Shown here: positions 51,378 to 64,000 of the stretch, one piece after another
Position numbering within the stretch: position 1 is the first letter of the stretch
How the letters are laid out: every line of letters begins with the position of its first letter
Assembly: GCA_964057225.1 (NCBI GenBank)
Contig: OZ059894.1
Span: forward strand, 8,370,001-8,434,000
DNA from: Auanema rhodensis
Lineage: Eukaryota; Animalia; Nematoda
Reading direction: 5' to 3'
Length of the DNA stretch: 64,000 nucleotides
Notes under the pieces: generated by a model
Databases searched by the model: none
What the model saw: only the letters and a program-made list of their open reading frames with translations
What the model was told of the DNA's origin: nothing
Position numbers and translations under genes: made by a program

Positions 51378-52971
51378 TTAACTTTTAGCAGGTCCTGGAT
51401 AATATGGAGGTGGTTCAAATGGTGAGAATATTGCTGGTCCAGAAGGATGACACATTTCATTATAAATATGGTATGGTATACTATTTGAAGGATTACCTAA
51501 AAATAATTGAATTATGCTTATATAACTATAAATAACTGAAAAAATAGGCTATAGCATCTGTCACTTCATCTGTGTTCTAGAATTAGTTTCCAAGAAAAAG
51601 GAACAAAAAATCAGGTGTCGCATTAAAAAGTTATCAAAAAGAAACATGGAAAACAATAATCGAAAGTGGCTGTCAACATTTTGGAGTAATATTTTAACTT
51701 CTCATTCGAAAATTGATTTGGAAATGAGGCAACTATTTTTTTATGATTTATATCATATGTTTAACTTTGAATATCTTAATAAAACAGATGAAAATGAAGC
51801 AAACTAAACTGTAATTGTAGATGATGCTACAAATATTGTGAGAGAAATAAAAACTAAAAGGAACAAGAGACATAAGAATCTCATGTCTTATATGAAATTT
51901 TAAGACAAATAACATGAAATACAAAATCTATATTATAAGTATGTATGGGTACGAAAAATAAAGTATAGTTGAATATAATTCCAACAAAAAATAAGATTAA
52001 ACAACGAAAAGTAATTGTTGGATTAAAGAAGGAAAGACAAAGTAATTATACGACAAGATTTTTGTTCTTTTCTGATCAAATGAATCAACGTCTATCTAGA
52101 ATACTATATTTTAAGAACCAGATGCTAATTGTGATATTGAGATTATAGACATCATAATGAGAAAAGCCACAACTGATTGTTCATTATTTGTGAATACGCT
52201 ACAGATATGCTTTTGCAATATAATGTTTTAACAAAAAAGCAAATCATGTAAAAGAGAATAATTGACCAACCTTCCAAAGATATTCTAGTTTCTCGTCTCA
52301 TTTGTAAAGCTAAATAGTAATCTGGTGCAACTGTAACTGGTGACGGATGAATTGGTAACGGACCTGAAAATCAAATAATTAAACCACAAAAATTCTTTTT
52401 GAAAATCGTTCAGTTCACCCATATGGTCTAAGAAAGTACAGGAAAATACGCACTACATTTGCAATTTTAGAAAAGGGCAACATGAGAGAGAAAAAGAGGA
52501 AAAGAGGGGGAAATTATATTTTTTAAAGATTCGTCCTCTTCAATTTATTACTTTTTTTGTTAAATTAAATTTATACTCACTTTCAAATGCAGGTGGATTT
52601 GGATAGCCTGAATTACGTAATCTCTCTTCGAGCTCTGTGGATTCTTTCCTGAAATTCAAAAAAGTACATTATAAGTTCTCCAATATGAACTCATCAAGCA
52701 GTTAGCTTAGAGCTGAGTTTGATCAGTGGTGAAAAGATTAATTTATGAGAGAATAGAATGAAACTCAAAGGTTGAAAGCTTTTTCGTAAAATGAATATTT
52801 TGTTCAGGAATCAGAATATTTTATGAGTTTAAAATTTAAGGATTTACAGAGTTATAGAAGAAATAAATAGTTGTTCAGTGTTGTAACTTACATTTTTTTG
52901 TATAAACACACTGCTGTCATAAATATAAATGCTGGCAATAATAGGAAGACTAAATAGGAAGTAACGTCCAT
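51378..52971 (-). CDS. Small single-pass membrane protein with Pro-rich PPxY tail, 4 exons, ~120 aa
   Basis: Phase-compatible exons: MDVTSYLVFLLLPAFIFMTAVCLYKKM / KESTELEERLRNSGYPNPPAFES / PLPIHPSPVTVAPDYYLALQMRRETRISLEG / NPSNS...FEPPPYYPGPAKS*. Upstream exons are possible. Confidence 0.7.
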
Positions 52972-53199
52972 CTAGAAAAAAAAATAATAATATTGAAATA
53001 TTAGAAAAAATATAAAATTATAAAAGTAATTAAAGCAATTTCAACGACAATCATAATGTATAAGTAAGCTGAACTTGAAAGAATAATAGAACAAGTGAAT
53101 AGAATAGTAGAATTATTGGTAGTAGAGCTATATCAGCATTTATGATATATGATTTTTGTATATAAATGAAAAAAAAATTAGATAAATATACATATACAT

Positions 53200-53201
<2 letters not shown>

Positions 53202-53237
<36 letters not shown>
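53202..53237. repeat. (AT)18 microsatellite
   Basis: Direct read. Confidence 0.9.
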
Positions 53238-53241
<4 letters not shown>

Positions 53242-56200
53242 ATATAATGTAGGTGTGGTGATATGAATAGAAATGGGTGGAGAAAACTGATTGTTTTTTC
53301 ATTTTCGATGGTAAGACAAAAGGAAAAATATAACTGAATATCAGTATGAGTGACTTTGCACGAGAAAGGACAAGATTGTTTTTTACTTTGATCGAGAACA
53401 GGGAAATGTTGTCTGAAAAGAACACTTAATATGTAAAGAATTAGTGAAACAATAAAAAATATTGAGCACAACGGTATTTGATTCAATATTTTGAATTCTC
53501 AATAAACAGTATGAATGAAAATGTTTTGTATTGAGCAGGTGGAAAGAATATCAAAAACTAAAAAGAAACAAGAGTGATGAAGAATGAAGAGATGATAGAT
53601 GAAGCTCTGAGAGCTCCTCCCTCTCTCGTTCTGTTCTTCTTCCCGTCTCTGCCCTTCTTCAGGCTTGACAGCATTTCTGATTTCCATACAAAGCTCGACG
53701 CTAAAATGAATTACGAAGATGGAACACATACACATACTTATTCACATACATACTCGTAGACACATATGTTCAAATGCTTAAATAAAAATAATTGAAGATA
53801 GTAACAGAGATCCTAGCCATATCGTAGCCATTTTGTAGTAGATAACAGAGAAAAATCAAATACTGTGAAATGTTATATTTGAGAAACATATATATATAAG
53901 TATATTCACATATGTCTGATATACAAAATTGCCCGAATTGGTCGAATAACAATATGCATATGTATGTAGAGCGACCGGCAGAATAGAATCGTAAGACGAA
54001 ACGGCAGTTCAAAGAAATCATTTATGAAAATAAGATGAAGACGATCAACTGGAGTAGATTTTTCGAAAATTGAGAATGAATTATAGAATAAAACCAAAGT
54101 TGGTGTGTAGTCTTCTACATTATATATCAAAGAAACACAAAAATTATATAATGGAGAGAGCGAAAAACAGAAAATACCGAGATCAACGATGAAGTAGCGC
54201 CAGAGAATCAGAGGAAGAACAGCTATTATAGAACGAGTTGCAGAAAGAGAAACAGAAAGAATCATGAGTAGGCTTGATGAAGCTAAGCATGGAATAATAA
54301 AAAATGTTTCAACAGTTAAAACAAAAAGAAAAAGAAATTTGTTTGTTGTAAATCACCTGAATGAAATAAACGTTTTTTTGTGGATAAAATCATTTATATA
54401 CCTACATATATGTATGCTTATTTCAAGAACATTTTAATCAACATTGCACTTGAGTTTTTAGTTCCCTTGATACTCAACAGTGAAGTGATTTACGTGCTCT
54501 AATAATCTGAATACGCTTGTTTCTGCCTAAAATGTTGTTCTTCTTATCAGCTAGAAGGAACTGCTTATTTGTGAAGAGCAAATATTATAATATATATTTG
54601 AAAAATAGTGCAAAGTTGAATTCAAATAAGGTGAAAATTTGCAAATGTAAGAATGCGAAGTTTTAAAAAAAACCTTAAATATTTGGTTTATATAGCCAGT
54701 AATAGAAATAAATTATAATAATTGGGGGTCCATTGCACAAACATAACAACAAAAAAACTGTCTGATCATGAGTTAGTGATGACAATACAAGGGTAATAGG
54801 ATTTATAAGTGTTATTTATTTGGACAACGAATTGAATAACATGACCTTGTTTCATATAAAACTAAGAAAGATTAAAAGTATAATAAAAATTAAAGGATAT
54901 TCAAAAAACTGTACTTATTCGTTGTTTTATTCGGCTTTGTTCCATTTAATTAGACTAGAGCTGATATGAGTTGAAACACAGCAGCTCCAGAGAATAACAT
55001 GTAAGCTATAAAGTGAGCACATATTGTAAAATTGTGGTCGAAACCGATCAAACCGGACAACAAACAGCATATATTTTGAAAATCAAATGATGAAGGTTTA
55101 GTTGGATTTAATTGAAGTCCGCTAATCATGCATGTAGACATACGTGGGCTAACACATTGAGCAAGTTATAATCGTTTTAAATGAAACTGGGTAGAAGAAC
55201 AATTGAGGAAAAACATTGCATTCAAAGTCCAGCCGTAAAAGCTTGTGAACTTTATTACAACTTATGTTTAAAAGACATCAGATTTAAAAAAAAAACAATG
55301 ATAAAAACATCTTCTGTGATTATGAGATGGGAAAATATCCAGAACTGAATTAAAGTTTTCACGCTCTGGAATGAGAATGAATGAATTCTATCTTTGATTC
55401 GCAGATCAAACCTATATATAAATTGGAATTCTTAAGAATGATGAGAAAACTAGCAAAAAAAGAAATGAGAGTTCGAAGTATTTTGGGATAATAATGACAT
55501 AGTGTGAAACTGATTGCTACTATGGAAAATGAGGAAATTAACACAGCAAGCTCTCCAGAGCGACCATACATGCCGAGCTTGCGAGCCTACTGGCTTCCTT
55601 GTTAATCCAACAAGGACCATAAATAGTCGTCCAAAGGACAGGCAAAGTCTAAAAATGGGAAAATTTCCAGTGACTTGTCGCATTTCCCAAAACAATTGAA
55701 AATGCATCCTTTTACATGGACGTATTTTCTCAAGTTTTAGCAGATGCAACAACAGATTGAGCAGAGATAAAAACAAAGTGTATGGAAAATAATGAGTGAA
55801 AAGAAAAGCCAAACATTGTCCTTGTTTTTTGATTTCATATCAATCCTTTGCTACTTAGGAGTACAAAACTCTGAGAACAGCGGACATCTGCAACCTTTTT
55901 TTGATGCCGTACAACATGATGTTGATTGTTGACAGATAGAAACTTCATCAAATTTAGCTAAATTAGATAGCTGTATATCTATATGAATGTCTAAGTATGA
56001 ATTCAAATATATAATATATATATTTATACATTTATATATCCATTTATGTGTATATATACATGTATATGGTGGAAGTAATGAGACAAATCTGTTTAGATAT
56101 CAACGATGTTTCAGACAATGATCTCTGCACATAGACAGAGATCAATGTGACTAGTAAACAAAAAAAAAAGAAACACTGTGTTTCTTGATTTTACAAGCAT

Positions 56201-59200
56201 TTTCTTTGATCAACTCTCGTTCATAATTCAGTTTCATTGACTGTTGCTTATTACCATCTTTGATTGTTGATATGTTTATGTGCATAATGAATGAAATAAC
56301 ATACAAAAATGAGTACAAGAAACAGAATGAGCATGTGTTTTTTGAATTTTCAGTTACTATTTATGAATAGTAAAAATAACTATTATTATTTCATGTTACT
56401 TTCTAATAATAGATCAAAATGAACTGAAAAGTTATAATTTTCTGTTTGTATTATTTACTGCGTTTTGAAACAAAAAGCGGATGAAACTTCAAAAGCAAAA
56501 TACATGTATATGCACACATGTGTGTGTTAAGTATGCATACATATGCATGTACGTATAAGTACAAGGATGAAGTTCTGAAGAACAACAGAGTAATTTATTG
56601 CTTTTTTTCTCTTTTTTTTGTGCTCTTTTGCTCTTTTTTTTTCTCAGAAAGATTACAGCTTCATTTGCTAAGAAAACATTACAAAGGTCTAAAAAACAAA
56701 GGAAAAGTATAATTTGTTATCTTTATAGTACACATCTATGCATCTTTAGAAACATTGAAAGATTAATGTTGTAAAAGAAATATTTTCAACATTCGGAATC
56801 AACGAATTAAAACTTGAAATTTTCCAAAGCAGAACCCGTTGAAGAACTGTAATGAAGTTCATCTACATGCATATGTATTTAACAAAATAAAGTATAAAGA
56901 TGTGAGTTGTGATGAGACTTCCGTTTACATTGTCCGGTTAATAATATTGTGTATTAGCTTATTTTAATGCGGAAAATAGAAAGTACGGATTGTACTCGAA
57001 AAAATAGTTCATTCATTTTCGGAAATTACAAAAGAACTTTAATCATATGAATATTTTTTCTTTCCTTCTTCCATACGAAACAACAAAAATGTCTTTTTAT
57101 GGAAAATTAATTAGAGTATACAAGAAGATTAAATATATTGTTAAGAATATGAATAGAAAAATAAATGATTGGCAATTGATTTTGTTAATAAAACTAAGTC
57201 AATAGTATAATACAATAGAAAGCTTAATAATAGAAACGATATTAATGTATTTCAATTCACATTAAGCATTTGATTGAAAACTTGAATTGAAATTTTATTT
57301 CGACTTCTCAGAAAAATGTGCCGTACAGGGAGAAAAATACTTTCAAATTACAATATTAATTAGAAAAATAACAAAGAATAACTATATGTATATAATTATA
57401 TAAACTCTGCTGTTATGCACAAATATAATGGATAGACAATTTCAAATCTTGAACTGTGTTTCTGGCCGCTGAACTTTGTTTTTTTTTTATCTTGCAATAT
57501 TTATACAGGTTATGGAACATCAATGCTATATATTGAAAATGATTATTTTATATTTTTTTTTTCGTTTCACACTAATGAATAACAGATGAAAAGGACAATA
57601 TTACACATGAGAATATTTATAATAAAGAACAGAAGAACTTTGATATCCCTTAATTGGTAATACATACATACATATACATGTATGTATTATACATATGATC
57701 AGACTCTTTTGAATTAATCTAAAAGCAAATTAAAATCAGATTTTGTGTTTAAAAAAATTACAAAAAACTTAAACTAAACTAGGTTTGTAATAAGATTTGA
57801 TGAACATACATATACATGTGTATGCTTGAGTTCAATTACTGAATAAAATATATCTTAGAAAAGTTAAATATGCATATATTACCTTCTATATGTATAGTTT
57901 ATTCACTAGTCAAACAAGAAAAAAAAGTAATAATTGAAATTAAACGTATCCATGTATTATTTAAATATTTGATGTAATACTTTAAATATTTGAATATCAT
58001 AAATTATGTTAGACATATGTATGTATATGTATGTACTTCACACTATTTATGCTTTTAGGTTTGCCATATATGTATATTACAATTATTATAATAATCATGA
58101 TTGAATCAGCAGACTCTTAAACGTGATCAAAGCAATATACAATAGAACTTTTGATTCTGTAATTTCCTTACTTCATTCAATAATAATATGAGAAAATGCG
58201 TCAGTCTCACAAAATTTGGAGACATTTTTGGTTTCTTCTACTTTGAATTAAATTAAAACACATGAATAACTATCAAAGTGAGTATTTAGAGTAAATCAAA
58301 ACTCAGATCATTTACATATCAGTTGATGTTTTTATAAAAAGCAGCATATCAAAGAATAAATATATATATTTAAATTTATATGTTAAATTGAAAAAGGGAA
58401 ACAAGTTCAGCTGGATAGCATGATTGTTCAAAGAAAAAATTAGAAGGTTCAGTATAAAAATAACTTTATTCTATATATTGCAGCGCTGAAATACTCACAA
58501 TTTGTACAATTTTGACTATTTTTCACAAAAAAATATCTAAATTTATGCCAAATTGTAGGAATTCTAATCACTACTCATACGTGAAAGAAATGTAAAAAAA
58601 AATTTATTTATCAAAAAACAATAGTAAAGCTACATATTAATAAGAAGAAGAAATAAAATAAATTCACTTGTTTTTTTAAATTTTTTGATTTTTTTTGTTT
58701 CTTTTTTTTTGAAATTAAATTTTCAGTTTAGTAAAATAGTCGTCATACAATTTCATATTAATCAAACGTGAGGTAATAATTTAATGAGCTTTATATTTTA
58801 TTCAGATTGATTTCCAGAGATTATAAGTTTGAAGTATGGTGCTCAGGTGGCGAATCATAAAATGAGCTTCCTCGAAATTCAATTCAAATAATAGATGAAG
58901 TCGCATAAACACTGAATTTTTGAGAGAGTAATGATTATTGTGGATAGCTTAAGTAAACAGTTTAAAAACTTATTTCCACTTTTCTCCTATATAATGATAG
59001 ATGCTCTTATTTAGAATGTTAGAAATCTAATGTATTGGAAAGAGAAAATGTGAAATAGAATTGAAATTTGGTTTCAATTAATCTTATCTATTGTTCCTTT
59101 TGTTGATATGAAACTTGGTTTTGAATATATATATGGGGTTGTGATTAAATAACAATTACTAAATAGTTCAACAATGTTCAATACGTATAAACTGATGTTT

Positions 59201-59556
59201 GAATGACACAATTTCCTTTAAATATATGGTATAATATATAATATTCTTTAAACATTCCACTAAAACAGATGATCACCTGATTAATATATAATAATTATCA
59301 AAAGTTATCAGTGAATTTTTATTTCCGTTTTATCTCCAATTTGGGGATACGTGTTCACGTCATTTTTCTTTTTTATTTATTTGTATATTTAGCACACTAT
59401 AGATATTTGGGCGGACAAACATCAAATCAATGAGTCATCGCTATTTCACATCGTTGTGCAATGTTCTGAAAGCGAAAGAACACCCACAGCAACTATTTTT
59501 CGCTGTGTATCTCCTCCTTAATAAGCACCGAATTTCTGTCTTCGATTATTCATTCA

Positions 59557-61683
59557 TTGGAATCACTGGTTGGATTCGTATTCATGCACAATTATACATT
59601 TTGTCAAAGCTATTACACTCAGAGCGTACAAGAAGGAAGAGTATGTTATTTTTATTGTTTTCTGATGTTTATTTCATTGTTTTCTATTTCAGCATGTCTA
59701 TTTATCCGCAGCTTGTCAATTCCCCTTTGTGGAATATGGGCTTGCAAGCAGTAACTCACAAAACTTCACGTTGAAGAGCTTAGATCGATGGAATCATTCA
59801 AAATATTCAAAAATCGTTCCTCATGTTTGGGGTACGTTTATCATATTATTCTTGAACCCTTATTAAATTAATTCTTTATTGATTTGGCAAGCCATATCTC
59901 TAAATACGCTGCAAAGTTTCAAAGCCTTAATTGTCAAAATATTATTAAAAACGTCAGTTATGAGCATATACATACATACGTTCGAGTGCGTGGTTTATGT
60001 TATTCATTTTTTCCAAAGAAAATTACTTTACATGACTATGTTTGTAACTATTTAATAATTACTTTATACTACGTATACGACATTAAAATTAATTATTATG
60101 CATTTTGTTTTAGAGACATGTGATATAGTATTTAAATTAATGAATTACAGATCAGGGAAAACCATATGTTGGCAATTATAAAACAGATGTTTTTCATGGT
60201 AGAGGAAATAGAACATTCTTCTTTTCTACTTACAAACAATCTTATGTGTACAGTATTTACACGTAAATCTTTATTTTGCTTACTTCAAATAACTTTTAAG
60301 TTTCAGACCTGTTTATAAACATCTTGTTAAATCCGAAAAGCCAGGAGAAACTAATTATATGGATTGTTTAATCATTCTTCTGAATAATCATAGTTTTGCT
60401 ATTGGACAAATGCTTAAGTATTTAATTATAAAATATATTAAAAATAATAATTTTTCATTTCAGAGGCAAAATGGTATATCACCATGTAATTGATCGCGCA
60501 GATACCCCTGGGACAAGGCGGTAAGACATCCTCCTCGCTATTGCTGAATTAGTGAATTTGTTTTTTTCAGCATAACGATGCCAGAATTTTGGGCCAGAAT
60601 TCATGAAGTTTTACAAGTTGTCAAGCAACATATTTTATATGAAGTGCCAGTTATATTTGCTTCATGCAGTATGACTGACTATATTAATATAATTCAAAAA
60701 GGATTATCAACAAAAAAAGTTGAAATCACATGCTGCGAAGTTGAGTACGTGTACAACTCAGATAGCGAATAGATAAATGATTTTTTCTTTTCAGACATAT
60801 TCCTTTTCGAATTATTGGTGGAAATCCTTCTTACGACATGCTTGGAATGACATATTATAAGTTGCTATGCTGTGAATGTCATGGAACTAAAGAACAATTC
60901 CGTGAATCTGTTGTTGGCAAAAATAAGTTGCATAATTCCGAATTCGAATGGATGGAAAAAAAAGAAGAAGCGGAAACAAGAGTTGAAGAATTTCATGAAA
61001 ATAAACAGGTACTCTTTCTTCACTAAGAGATAGAATATACGTTAATTTTTGTGTTTTAGAAGGATTACTCTTTCGTTTCAAACAACAGAAAAGACAGGAA
61101 GATTGAAAAATCTCTTCATCCTGGTTTATCGAAGGACTTGAAAAACAAAATTCATGATGCTATCAAAAACAACAACTATGAGCATATTATTAAAATTTAC
61201 GAAAGAAATGATCTTGATTCTGAAGTAAGCTTTATAAATCTTAAATTCATATTATTCACATATTTTTTTCAGATTTTCGACTATTTATCAAAAAAACATG
61301 ACAAATTAAACGGGCTCACATTTATGCATTATACTGTAATTGAGAACTTAGATGATTCTCTAGTTGCTTTATTAGAAATTGGCTGTGATCCAACAGTTAA
61401 AGATTCAGAGGGAAAAGTCCCATTTGAATATTGTACAGAAGAATTCATGAAAGAAATTTTCTATGAAAGCCGTAATGAAAACCCAGATGAGTTCGACTGG
61501 GAAAGGTAAACTACTCTACATATTCAAAAACTTTCCAATCTTCCAATTTTCAGCTTTATGAAAGTTCCTAGAAAAATCACTTGGCAAAAGAGAAGAAAGT
61601 CTTACGCAGATTATGGGTATCAAAGAAAACGTCTAAGATCTAAGAGACTTCAACAACGAAAAGTTTTTGTTGAAGACGTTTAG
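59557..61683 (+). CDS. Divergent Vms1/ANKZF1-like protein (degenerate VLRF1 domain plus ankyrin repeat), 5' end uncertain
   Basis: Spliced translation gives DCLIILLNNHSFAIGQMLKGKMVYH, IHEVLQVVKQHILYEVPVIFASCS, HIPFRIIGGNPSYD, the ankyrin GLTFMHYTVIENLDDSLVALLEIGCDPTVKDSEGKVPF, and IFYESRNENPDEFDW. These are collinear with Vms1-family blocks as I recall them. Confidence 0.7.
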
Positions 61684-61785
61684 ATTTAGTGTTATGTACT
61701 ATACATGTAAATAAAATAAATTTTTATTCGGACTTATTATTGTTTACGTTATTATTAGCGAATAATGCGATAAGATATTGCTGAA

Positions 61786-62546
61786 TTAGCAGAATCCACA
61801 ACTTTTAGGACATTGATCTTTCATGAGGCTCAGATAATTACTTTGATTACATAAATATGTTCTGGATGGACAGTCAGATGTACCAGTGTTTGGGTTAATT
61901 TTGTCTACGCAGGAAACAGATGGGGGGTCTGAAAGTTTGACGGTTATGAATAGATTCTTTTTATAATTTGCGTCACATACTTACTGGTCCATTTGCGTTT
62001 CCTTGACATCTATTGCAAGTTTTGGGGCATTGCTTTAAACATATAACTTCTTTTAGTATAAGAAAAAAAATTACCTGAGTCATTAAATCAAAGTACAAAG
62101 GGTTTTGGCACAGATAAGTTCTGTTTGGGCAATCTGAACGTCCAGTGGAAGGATTCAATAAATCAACACAGTTCGCTGGAGTTTTTCCACCGTTGTTGTT
62201 GTTGTTATTATTGTTATTGTTATTGTTGTTGTTGTTGTTGTTGTTGTTCTTGCAATCTAAATTTTTTCATCTATTGATATTATGGTGACGTTTCCTCTAA
62301 CCATCATCAACTAATTGATCTTGTGAACAGCAAATTCCATCAGGACTTCCGTCCTGTAAACAGAAACCTTCCTGACATACATGAATATTATTGGTTTTGT
62401 CGAAGCCACAAGCTGAAACATATTTTATCAAGTGTAAGATTGAGTTACTTTGACTTACGGAGTGGAGTAGGATTCGAGCATGACAGCTTAAGAGCTGAAA
62501 CAGACGCACAGAGAAGAGCTGCAGATAAGACAGTTTGGAAGAGCAT
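61786..62546 (-). CDS. Secreted protein with two ShKT domains and a poly-Asn linker, 5 exons
   Basis: Signal peptide MLFQTVLSAALLCASVSA. ShKT repeats CVDLLNPSTGRSDCPNRTYLCQNPLYFDLMTQQCPKTCNRC and CVDKINPNTGTSDCPSRTYLCNQSNYLSLMKDQCPKSCGFC*. Confidence 0.92.
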
Positions 62547-63073
62547 GATGTAAAACTTGCCAAAAAAGGTTTTGATTACCCTTTATATACATGAATGTAT
62601 TGGCATTTATCTACTTAACATACGTTATCCAGCAACTGTTCAAACATTTTAACCGAGAGAAATGGTTCAAACTTGAAAGGATTTTAAATATCTGCTGAAT
62701 CTGTTCTAAAATATGCAAGTTCAAACACAATGCACCTCTCGTACGGAAGGTTATGGAAATATATATTCATGTTTAAACATATTATTATAAATTCAAGAGA
62801 TGATTTTTGATTTTTTGATTAGTCTATCGGTAAATTCAACAGCTTTTCACACATCAATTAATGGAACACGCAGAAAATTTGTCTAGAAGAAAGTTTTTTA
62901 TAGAATATCATACGTAAGCAGGTAATCATTCTCAACTCTCTGCTTAAAGGGTAGCAAGAAGAAACAAAAAAGAGACAGAACGACGAATCACAATTCGACA
63001 CACAAAAACTCATTCAAGATATCTTCGACTAATATATATCTATCTAATGCATTATATTAAAAGAATTCCTTCG

Positions 63074-63611
63074 ATGACAACTAATCTTCGTTTATCCTTA
63101 TTCTTTTTACTGTTACCCGTATTTATACAAGGCAAAGGTTAGTAGTATTTGAATAGTTTGTAAGCTATCTTTTACTATTTCTCTTTATTTTATAGTTATT
63201 TCTTCCGTTGACCATTTTGTGGGAAAAACGAGCGTAGTTGAACCCGAATGGAAAAAAGTGAAAGCGATAGATGGACGATTTCTAACCGCAAGATTCATTC
63301 ATCAGAAGGATCAAGTCTTAGGTGATAGAGACTTTCCGGAACTAATAATTATATCCAGAACGAGGTCTAATCTCAATAAAATCTTTGTTAAAGTACTCTG
63401 TTATATTTTCTCTCGTCATAGCAATATTTAACTACAATTTCAGGCAAAGTCTTCCAAACATATTCTACAACGAAAAGAGCGTGACTCAAAGAATTTGAAA
63501 TCGGAGTCAGTTTTCAAGGAGATCTTACCTGGACATAGTAACAGTGGTTCCTTTTTGCGAACACGAGTCCTGCAGCACTGTCTTCCTAATAACTGTATTA
63601 AACAAATTTGA
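63074..63611 (+). CDS. Probable secreted protein of unknown function; 3' structure uncertain and may extend to the window end
   Basis: Signal-peptide exon MTTNLRLSLFFLLLPVFIQG splices in frame (GTTAGT...TTATAG) to the 63219-63431 ORF. Further TTTCAG acceptors at ~63443 and ~63928. Confidence 0.45.
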
Positions 63612-64000
63612 ATTCAATTCAATCCCCTTTAATTTAGTAAGACACTCTGTTGATGCAAGCCATTTACCTGATGCACTGCTGTTGTACCCCACACGGAAAT
63701 ACTCACAACGATCTAAAATAGGTGAAACTTGAATCTGAGCGTAGACATACAAAAAACAATTTCACTTTTCCTGTGAATGCGACCGGTCAGCATGTCAATT
63801 GAATCAGAAATAAAATACTAACGTTCTAGTTCACGTAGTAATGCGTCACCGTATTGGCATGATCAAAGCAACAAAACAATATAGAATTTTCCAAGATAAT
63901 ACTGTTTTTAAATTTATTTTGTTTTCAGCCTTTGATCCTGTCTTGCCGATTCTTCGAAGCTCAAGATCTTCTGTGTTACCGTTTGGGACAAGCAAAACTG

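Noticed and set aside
51805-51885. Signal-peptide-like MRFLCLLFLLVFISLTIFVASS in an intron of the PPxY gene
   Set aside because: No phase-compatible downstream exon was established, and T-rich DNA yields such peptides by chance.
54950-55930. Possible minus-strand membrane-protein exons
   Set aside because: I could not assemble a consistent spliced frame.

Overview
Eukaryotic, AT-rich DNA, almost certainly nematode (TTTCAG acceptors, ~50-nt introns, tRNA-Asn matching the C. elegans sequence as I recall it). Bases 1-37139 are a head-to-tail array of 94 tRNA-Asn(GTT) genes on the minus strand, in 259/271-bp units with higher-order repeats; the many 72-81 aa ORFs there are artefacts of the repeat. 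An intact 12,075-bp Ty3/gypsy (Metaviridae) provirus interrupts the array at 13579-25653. It has identical 345-bp LTRs, a CAAT target-site duplication and a tRNA-Gln PBS. Its single 2914-codon ORF is ordered gag-ENV-pro-RT-RH-IN, and the env is a class III, herpes gB-like glycoprotein, an arrangement like the nematode endogenous retrovirus (NERV) type. Further oddities of the element: CG rather than CA termini, a U5 hairpin complementary to the primer tRNA D-arm, a spliced antisense accessory gene, late-domain motifs in the Env tail, and no AUG for the first ~390 open codons. Bases 37.3-64 kb hold host genes: a coiled-coil protein, a UDP-glycosyltransferase, a small PPxY membrane protein, a divergent Vms1/ANKZF1-like gene lacking the catalytic loop, a secreted ShKT protein and a probable secreted protein. 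All homology calls are by eye or from memory, not database searches.
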